A stretch of 50,636 bases of DNA from Candidatus Methylomirabilis sp. (lineage in GTDB: Bacteria > Patescibacteriota > DYJS01), in contig DYJS01000006.1 in the NCBI GenBank assembly GCA_020723005.1, forward strand, positions 1 through 50,636, in the 5' to 3' direction. The position numbers and the translations under genes were made by a program. Under the pieces are notes generated by a model, which saw only the letters and a list, made by a program, of their open reading frames with translations, was not told the DNA's origin and searched no databases. Each line of letters starts with the position of its first letter. The first letter of the stretch is position 1. Below, piece after piece: positions 44,719-50,636 of the stretch.

Positions 44719-45454
44719 ATATATATCTTTTTTTTCATATAAAAATGAGTCTATAAACTCATTTTTTTCTATTTCATCTTCTTTCTTTTTGTCTCAAAAT
44801 GGAAAAAAAGTTCTATTTGTAGATCTTGGAACAGAAAATTTCTCTAATGAAATTTTTCAAAAATCAAACGATTGGTTAGAATCAATAAATACCCAAGAGA
44901 ATCTTACAAACTTCATTCAATCAACAACAGAACCAAATTTAGATATTTTAATTTCCAACCAAGAATTAAGAAAAAAAATTCTTACAAAAATGGAAGAAGA
45001 GAGTTCAAATATATTTACATCTGGTCCAATATATTTTTTTAAAGAAAAATTTGAAGATGAAGAGATTTCAAACTTTTATGACTTTGTCATTTTCAATCTT
45101 CCTCAAGATATTGATATGATAACAGCAGGAGGGCTAACATCAAGTTCAGAAATGATAGTTTTAATAGATCTTTTTAATTCTCCAATTATAGAAGCCTTTT
45201 CAATTTCAATGGGAATTTTAAACTTAATCAGAGAAAGATTTAATAGAGATTTAATATTTTCTAAATCGATTCCAATTGTTTCAGAAAAGAGATCATTTGA
45301 AGAAACTTCACAAGAACATCTTCTAAATCAACTTTTTTCTGGAAAGATTTCAAAAAAGTTTTCTTTTTCATCACAAAAAACAAATAGATCAACATTTTTC
45401 GATAATCTTGGAAAACCAATAAAAATTATAGAAGATTTTTCTTTTTTATTTTAA
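44705..45454 (+). CDS. ParA/Soj/MinD-fold protein with degenerate (apparently inactive) ATPase motifs
   Basis: It is collinear with ParA. KYISFFSYKNESINSFFSISSSFFLSQNGKKVLFVDLGTENF aligns to kIIai.nqKGGVGKTTta.nLa..La..GkkVLliDlDpQgN. NLDILISNQEL aligns to nLdllPan.dL. FYDFVIFNLPQ aligns to yDyiiiDcPP. FFDNLGKPIKIIE aligns to ea.s.GkPi..yd. The start is a TTG overlapping rplU by 14 nt. Confidence 0.65.
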   Translation: MQKAKYISFFSYKNESINSFFSISSSFFLSQNGKKVLFVDLGTENFSNEIFQKSNDWLESINTQENLTNFIQSTTEPNLDILISNQELRKKILTKMEEESSNIFTSGPIYFFKEKFEDEEISNFYDFVIFNLPQDIDMITAGGLTSSSEMIVLIDLFNSPIIEAFSISMGILNLIRERFNRDLIFSKSIPIVSEKRSFEETSQEHLLNQLFSGKISKKFSFSSQKTNRSTFFDNLGKPIKIIEDFSFLF

Positions 45455-45471
45455 AAAATTAAATTAAAAAC

Positions 45472-45645
45472 ATGGCAAACCCATCAAAATCAAAAAAACC
45501 AACACAAGTTGTAACTTTGAAATCAACGGTTTCAAATTATGTTTATCAAGTTTTTAAAAATGTTAAAAAACAAAAAGAGAAACTTGAAATGAAAAAATAC
45601 GACCCAACGACAAGAAAACATGAAATTTTTAAAGAAAAGAAATAA
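45472..45645 (+). CDS. rpmG: 50S ribosomal protein L33 (Cys-less form; not in ORF track)
   Basis: My own translation is MANPSKSKKPTQVVTLKSTVSNYVYQVFKNVKKQKEKLEMKKYDPTTRKHEIFKEKK. It matches the L33 pattern ...Y.t.KN......kLelkKYcp..rkH..hkE.K, with the zinc-binding Cys replaced. Confidence 0.8.
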   Translation: MANPSKSKKPTQVVTLKSTVSNYVYQVFKNVKKQKEKLEMKKYDPTTRKHEIFKEKK

Positions 45646-45781
45646 TTTTTTAAAAAATTTAACTTCTCAAAAATAAAAATTTCTAATTTAAATTTATAAT
45701 TTTGTTTAGATTACAAGTTTTTAAAATATAAAAGCTTTTATAGAAAGCATTGTTAAGTTTATTAAAAATCTTTTTAATATG

Positions 45782-45855
45782 TGGAGCTGAGCGGAGTCGA
45801 ACCGCTGACCTTCTGCTTGCAAAGCAGACATTCTAGCCAACTGAACTACAGCCCC
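45782..45855 (-). tRNA. tRNA-Ala (anticodon TGC)
   Basis: The hand-folded sequence is GGGGCTG TA GTTC AGTTGGCTA GAAT G TCTGC TTTGCAA GCAGA AGGTC AGCGG TTCGACT CCGCT CAGCTCC A. The G3:U70 Ala identity pair is present. CCA is not encoded. Confidence 0.92.
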
Positions 45856-45973
45856 AAAACAGAGTTTTTCTAGAAAAAAAATTTTTAAAAACAAGTTTTT
45901 CATAAAAATTCTAACTCATTGCTCAAAATAATTGTTCGTTTCGTTATTGAAAAAATAAATTTTTCTAAATACA

Positions 45974-46183
45974 TTGAAATTGAAAAAAGTAGTTATGAAA
46001 ATTTTTAGCAAAACAAATACAAAAATAAATTTTACAACAAGAGCAATATCAAAAAGACATGAAAACAGATTTCCAACAACAATTGAAAACAAAAGAAGAT
46101 CAATTTCAGATGCAATTTTTAAAATTGAAAGAATAGATCCAAGTCTAAAAATAGACTTTACAAAAACAATTAGAACTGCATAA
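45974..46183 (+). CDS. Possible small basic protein, unknown
   Basis: This is a 69-codon ORF (TTG start; ATG at 45995). It is Lys/Arg/Thr-rich with no motif I recognise, and it could be non-coding. Confidence 0.25.
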   Translation: MKLKKVVMKIFSKTNTKINFTTRAISKRHENRFPTTIENKRRSISDAIFKIERIDPSLKIDFTKTIRTA

Positions 46184-46196
46184 AATTTTCTATTTT

Positions 46197-47777
46197 CTAT
46201 TTTCTATTGAATTTTGAATTTTGAATTTTTCCAACAGCTTGAGCGATATTTTTAAAACCATCTTTTTCTAAAAGTTCTACTAATTCAGAATTTATATTTG
46301 AAATTATTGCAGGACCACCAAAAATCATTCCAGTAATCATTTGAACAGCACTTGCTCCAAGCAAGATTTTTTGATATGCATCTTTTCCAGAAAAAATTCC
46401 ACCAACTCCTATGATTTTAATTTTATTACCAAATTCTTGAAAAGTTTTTTCAATCAAAAAATTTGAATTTTTTTCAGTTGGTTTTCCAGAAAAATTTCCA
46501 GATTTTCCTTCAAATTTTTTTAACTCTTGTGAATCAAAATTTTTATCACGAGTTTTGTAAAGATTACTTAAAATAACAGCAGAAACTTTATATTTAATTA
46601 AAATTTTTATCAAAATTCTTGCATCGCTCCAAGAAATTTCATTTGGAAATTTTACAGCCAAAGGTCTTTTAAGATTTATTTTTGAAAGTTTTGATAAAAT
46701 ATCTTCTAAATCTTTTGGTTTCTGTAAATTTCCAGAACCAAGAACATTTGGACAAGAGATATTAAGTTCAAAATATGCAAATTTTTCTGCATTTTTATGA
46801 GTATTTAAAATTTTAAAACTTTTTACAATATCATCAATTTGTGCTTTTGTGTCGCAAACGCTTGGAGAGTTTGTTGCACCAATAGAGATTCCAATTTGAA
46901 AATTTTTATCAGAGAATTTTATATTTTCTAAAACTTTTTGAATTCCTAAATTTTTAAATCCTTTATTTACAAAAAGTGATTTTGATTTTGGAAGACGACC
47001 TAAACGAGGTTTTTCATTACCTTGGCATGAAGAAAAAGTAGTTGTTCCAACTGAAGAAAAACCAAAACTGATTGAACCTAAAATTTCTGTTAAATTTCCA
47101 TTGTAATCAAATCCTGCCGAGAGACCAACTGGAGATAAAAATTTTCTATTAAATAAATCCAATTCTAATTTTTTGTTTCTTTGGACAAAGATATCTTGTA
47201 AAATAAATTTTATTAACTTACCTTTCCCAAAAAAATTTCCAATCCAAATAAAAGCTTCATGAACTTTCTCTGCATCAAAAAGAAAAAGAATAGGTTTGAT
47301 AAAATTTTTATATAAAAAAACATAAAAAGGAATAAAATAAAAAAGATTTATTAAAAAAATCATTGTTGCAGAAATTGCTTGTATAACACAATAAAAACAA
47401 AATGTATGAAGAACAAAAGCTTCAATTCCAGTTAAATACATTGAAAATAAAAAACCAAAAATTGAAGCGAAAAAAACTGGATCAAATTTTAAAAAATCTT
47501 CAAATTTTTTAATCTTTTTTGGAAAAAAATTTTTTAAAATTAAATAAATAATTATTCCACCATAAAAAATCATTCCTAAAAATGGCATAGAAAGAAATTT
47601 GTTTTGGATATTTCCAAGATGAGAATACTCTGACATTCTAACAACATCACAACCAACTATTCCGTCTTTACTAACTGGACAGAAATCAACATTACTATTT
47701 TTTGCATACGATGGAAAAAGATATGCTGAAGCAAAAAATCCAACAGATGCAAAAATAATAAGCAAGATTTTCTTCAT
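46197..47777 (-). CDS. pyrD: Fusion protein: N-terminal VKOR-family (vitamin K epoxide reductase-like) membrane domain + C-terminal dihydroorotate dehydrogenase
   Basis: The N-terminal ~170 aa has a TM helix, a loop with C-x9-C then VVRMSEYSHLG, and SMYL...FCFYCV (CxxC in a TM helix, nt 47388-47399); these are the VKOR hallmarks. The remainder is DHODH: LFDAEKVHE, SPVGLSAGFD, QGNEKPRLGRL, NKGFKNLG, ELNISCPN, IGVGGI and GASAVQ. The ATG at 47777 (MKKILLIIF) is preferred to the TTG at 47840. Confidence 0.8.
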   Translation of the reverse strand: MKKILLIIFASVGFFASAYLFPSYAKNSNVDFCPVSKDGIVGCDVVRMSEYSHLGNIQNKFLSMPFLGMIFYGGIIIYLILKNFFPKKIKKFEDFLKFDPVFFASIFGFLFSMYLTGIEAFVLHTFCFYCVIQAISATMIFLINLFYFIPFYVFLYKNFIKPILFLFDAEKVHEAFIWIGNFFGKGKLIKFILQDIFVQRNKKLELDLFNRKFLSPVGLSAGFDYNGNLTEILGSISFGFSSVGTTTFSSCQGNEKPRLGRLPKSKSLFVNKGFKNLGIQKVLENIKFSDKNFQIGISIGATNSPSVCDTKAQIDDIVKSFKILNTHKNAEKFAYFELNISCPNVLGSGNLQKPKDLEDILSKLSKINLKRPLAVKFPNEISWSDARILIKILIKYKVSAVILSNLYKTRDKNFDSQELKKFEGKSGNFSGKPTEKNSNFLIEKTFQEFGNKIKIIGVGGIFSGKDAYQKILLGASAVQMITGMIFGGPAIISNINSELVELLEKDGFKNIAQAVGKIQNSKFNRK

Positions 47778-47895
47778 ACAATTTTTTACAAAAAAAAATC
47801 TAAGAAAAAAATTTTTAAATTCAAAAATAAAATATAACAAAAATTTACTTGACTTTTTTCCTAAATATTTGAGTTTTATCGTGTTAAATTAGATT

Positions 47896-48360
47896 TTGAA
47901 AAAAACTGCTACAATAGTAAAGATTGCTTTATTAAAAGATTTGCCTTTAGTTGGAAGAAAAGGACAGGTTTTAGATGTTAGATCTGGGTTTTTCAGAAAT
48001 TTTCTTGCACCAAATGGATTAGCTGTAAAAGTTGAAAAAAATATCGTTGTTACAATAAATAAAGAGAAGAAAGAATCAGATGAAAAATTTATAAGAAAAT
48101 TGAAAAAATCAAAAATTTCTTTATCAAAAATTTCTGAAAATGAGATTGTTTTTGAAAGAAAAGCAAAAAAAGATGGAGACCTTTTTGGTTCTGTTTCTCT
48201 TTCCGATATTAAAACAGAAATTGAAAAAATTATCTCTTCAGAACTTCCACCTCACATCTTAGATGATATAAAACCTATTAAAAAAATTGGTTCATATACA
48301 TTCCCTATTATGTTTTTAGGAGAAGAAATTCAATTAAAAATTTTAGTCAAACCTTTTTAA
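47896..48360 (+). CDS. rplI: 50S ribosomal protein L9
   Basis: VKIALLKDLPLVGRKGQVLDVRSGFFRNFLAPNGLAV is the L9 N-domain. A long helix and a C-domain follow. The start is a TTG. Confidence 0.85.
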   Translation: MKKTATIVKIALLKDLPLVGRKGQVLDVRSGFFRNFLAPNGLAVKVEKNIVVTINKEKKESDEKFIRKLKKSKISLSKISENEIVFERKAKKDGDLFGSVSLSDIKTEIEKIISSELPPHILDDIKPIKKIGSYTFPIMFLGEEIQLKILVKPF

Positions 48361-48489
48361 GTTTAAGAAAAATTTAATAAATAAAAAAACATCTTTTAAG
48401 TTTTGATTTTTATAAAAATTCTTAATTAAAAATCTTTCTTGATTTTATCTTTCAATATATTTAAGTATGAAATGAATTTGAATAAATAA

Positions 48490-49065
48490 TTGTTAATTTA
48501 CTTATTTTCTTCCCATACAAGAGTGAAACTTTTAACACTTTTTTTATCAAATCCAAATAGATCTTTTTTTGTTCGTGAAATAAGTAGAAAAATTGGTGAA
48601 AGAATAAATTCTGTTCGAAGAGAACTTGATAATTTACTACAAATTGAACTTTTACTTTCATATCCAGAGAAAAATAAAATTTTCTATAAAGCAAATACAA
48701 ACTTTTTGATTTTTCCAGAACTAAAATCTATAATTCAAAAAACAACTGATGCAAAAGATGATTTAGCAGAAAAGTTTCGAGAGGTTGGAGATGTATATTT
48801 TGCAGTTATGACAGGAATTTTTACAGGGAACTCTTCAAGCCCAACTGATTTACTCATTGTTTGCGATAACACAAATAGAGGGTTTTTGCAAAAAATGTTA
48901 GACGAAATGGAAGAAGAGGTTTCTGATACAATAAGATATACGGTTCTTTCTGTAAATGATTATAATTTAAGAGAATCATTAGGAGATCGTTTTTTAAACT
49001 CTATTATGAATGGAGATAAAATTATTGTTATTGATGAAAGACATAAAAAAAATTTTAAAAGATAA
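48490..49065 (+). CDS. Winged-helix (ArsR-like) transcriptional regulator fused to a degenerate nucleotidyltransferase-like domain
   Basis: The N-terminus HTRVKLLTLFLSNPNRSFFVREISRKIGERINSVRRELDNLLQIELL is a wHTH pattern. The C-terminal half has FAVMTGIFTGNSSSPTDLLIV, resembling GSxxxG..SDxDLLV. The start is a TTG. Confidence 0.6.
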   Translation: MLIYLFSSHTRVKLLTLFLSNPNRSFFVREISRKIGERINSVRRELDNLLQIELLLSYPEKNKIFYKANTNFLIFPELKSIIQKTTDAKDDLAEKFREVGDVYFAVMTGIFTGNSSSPTDLLIVCDNTNRGFLQKMLDEMEEEVSDTIRYTVLSVNDYNLRESLGDRFLNSIMNGDKIIVIDERHKKNFKR

Positions 49066-49243
49066 AAAATTCTAACTTTTTTGTAAATAAGATTTTTATG
49101 TTTTAAAATTTTTTCGTATTAAGTTGAGTTTTTGGATTATAGGCATAATAATATTTTTATTCATGAAGATTCTTGAATTAAACCTTTAAATTCATATTTA
49201 ATTTTTTAAAAAAAAAGATTTATCAAAACAAATTAAGAATTGT

Positions 49244-50485
49244 ATGAAATATCAAAATTTACAAAAAAATGATTCAAAAATTTTCGAAGCAATTATTAAC
49301 GAAGAGAAAAGACAATTTTTTGGAGTTGAGCTTATTGCCTCAGAAAATTATGTTAGTGAATCGGTTTTGGAAGCGATGGGTTCAATTTTAACAAATAAAT
49401 ATTCTGAAGGTTATGTAAATGCAAGATATTATGCTGGAAATAAGTTTATTGATGAAATTGAAACTATTGCAATTGAAAGAGCAAAAAAAATTTTTGGTGT
49501 GAAATTTGTAAATGTGCAACCTTATTCTGGAAGTCCTGCAAATTTGGCCGTTCATTTTGCTTTGCTTAATTCTGGAGACAAAACTTTGGGGATGAATTTG
49601 TCTGCTGGTGGACATCTAACTCATGGATATAAAGTTTCTTTTTCTGGAAAATATTATAAAAGTGAAAATTATGGAGTTGATAAAAATGGATTTATTGATA
49701 TGGACGAAGTTCGTGAAATTGCAAAGGCACACTCACCAAAACTTATTTGGGCTGGATTTTCTGCATATTCTAGAATTTTAGATTGGAAAAGTTTTCGAGA
49801 AATTGCTGATGAAGTTGGAGCATTTTTAGTTGCAGATATTTCTCATATTGCAGGGCTAATTGCTGGTGGAGTCTATCCATCACCTGTAAATTTTGTAGAT
49901 TGTATAACAACAACAACTCATAAAACTTTGCGAGGTCCAAGAGGTGCGATGATTCTTACGAATAACGAAGAAATTTCTAAAAAAATTGATAAAGCAGTTT
50001 TTCCCGGTCTTCAAGGTGGTCCGCATAACCATACAACTGCAGGAATTGCTGTTGCACTTGGTGAAGTTCTAGAGCCAAATTGGAAAAATTATGCAGAACA
50101 AATTGTAAAGAATTCTCGTACTTTTGCAGAAAGTTTAAAAAAGAAAAATTATGAAATTGTTTCTGGTGGAACCGATAATCATCTTTTCCTTGTAGATATG
50201 ATAAAAAGTCGTGGAATTTCTGGTGGTGAAGCAGAAAAAATTTTAGAAAATTTTGGAATTACATTAAATAAAAATTCTATTCCAAACGAAACCAGAAAAC
50301 CAACAGATCCAAGTGGTGTTCGAATTGGAACTCCAGCAATCACAACACGAGGGCTAAAAGAAAAAGATGTTCAAAAAATTGCAGAATTTTTTGACCTAGC
50401 AATTCAAAATCCAAAAAATCAAAATTTGAAAAATGAAATTGCTGATTTTATGAAAGATTTTGAAATACCGGGAATAAAAATTTAG
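49244..50485 (+). CDS. glyA: Serine hydroxymethyltransferase
   Basis: LIASENY, LTNKYSEGY, VQPYSGSPANL, GGHLTHG and TTTTHKTLRGPRG (the PLP lysine) match along the full length. Confidence 0.97.
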   Translation: MKYQNLQKNDSKIFEAIINEEKRQFFGVELIASENYVSESVLEAMGSILTNKYSEGYVNARYYAGNKFIDEIETIAIERAKKIFGVKFVNVQPYSGSPANLAVHFALLNSGDKTLGMNLSAGGHLTHGYKVSFSGKYYKSENYGVDKNGFIDMDEVREIAKAHSPKLIWAGFSAYSRILDWKSFREIADEVGAFLVADISHIAGLIAGGVYPSPVNFVDCITTTTHKTLRGPRGAMILTNNEEISKKIDKAVFPGLQGGPHNHTTAGIAVALGEVLEPNWKNYAEQIVKNSRTFAESLKKKNYEIVSGGTDNHLFLVDMIKSRGISGGEAEKILENFGITLNKNSIPNETRKPTDPSGVRIGTPAITTRGLKEKDVQKIAEFFDLAIQNPKNQNLKNEIADFMKDFEIPGIKI

Positions 50486-50636
50486 AGACAAAATTTAAAA
50501 CATAGAAGAGACAAAAACGAAAAATTTTTTATTATTCTAAAATTTTTGAAAATTTGTTTTAAATATTCTCATCCAAACCAAGTTTTTGTTTAAATAAAAA
50601 ACAAATTTATAAGAGAAATAAAAATTATTAAAATTT

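Noticed and set aside
45721-45903. A 60-aa minus-strand ORF.
   Set aside because: It is completely occupied by the tRNA-Ala(TGC) gene, and the translated segment AVVQLARMSALQAEGQRFDSAQL is simply the tRNA read as protein.
46185-46229. Two adjacent triple heptamer repeats, (ATTTTCT)x3 and (GAATTTT)x3, span the stop codon and last codons of the VKOR-DHODH gene.
   Set aside because: They are very short, AT-rich and low-complexity, and easily arise by chance in this composition. Slippage would alter only the last few residues. They were noted but not considered a functional repeat.
49066-49243. Possible riboswitches upstream of glyA and folD (ZTP/pfl or THF type) and upstream of the ABC transporter.
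   Set aside because: The leaders are almost pure A/T and lack the GC-rich conserved cores of those riboswitch classes, such as the CCGGGCG...CCGCCUGGGCA-like segments of ZTP.

Overview
This is a strongly AT-rich (about 30% GC by eye), tightly packed 50.6-kb chromosomal segment. It reads like a small-genome Patescibacteria/CPR-type bacterium, but that assignment rests only on gene content and composition. The standard code applies: TGA ends genes in the ATGA overlaps at 351-354 and 40687-40690. Content is almost all housekeeping. It includes ribosomal proteins (rpsF-ssb-rpsR-rplS, rpsL-rpsG, rplU, rpmG, rplI), rpoB-rpoC, a partial F-type ATP synthase operon (atpB-E-F-x-H-A) and cell-envelope genes (mreBCD-like, murB, murC, uppP, DUF368). 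It also includes glycolysis and C1 genes (eno, gpmI, malic enzyme, folD, glyA), competence genes (dprA, comEC), queA, obg, def and nrnA. I also found RNase P RNA, two tRNAs, and two protein genes below the ORF-track size cutoff (rpmG and a 54-aa zinc-ribbon protein). I see no CRISPR array, transposase, integrase, prophage or rRNA. The best candidates for something undescribed are: (1) a single ORF fusing a VKOR-type thiol:quinone oxidoreductase membrane domain to a dihydroorotate dehydrogenase; (2) an intact ParA/Soj-fold ORF with all ATPase motifs replaced, wedged between rplU and rpmG; (3) a (TC)7 tract that forms the entire spacer of a promoter-like element in the 41-bp divergent region between murC and an orphan gene just upstream of rpoB; (4) rnpB lying 4 nt upstream of a tRNA on the same strand; (5) a zinc-ribbon/DUF134 mini-operon with a palindromic operator-like site; (6) an ATP synthase operon that stops after atpA. 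All protein calls come from motif recognition by eye; no searches were run.
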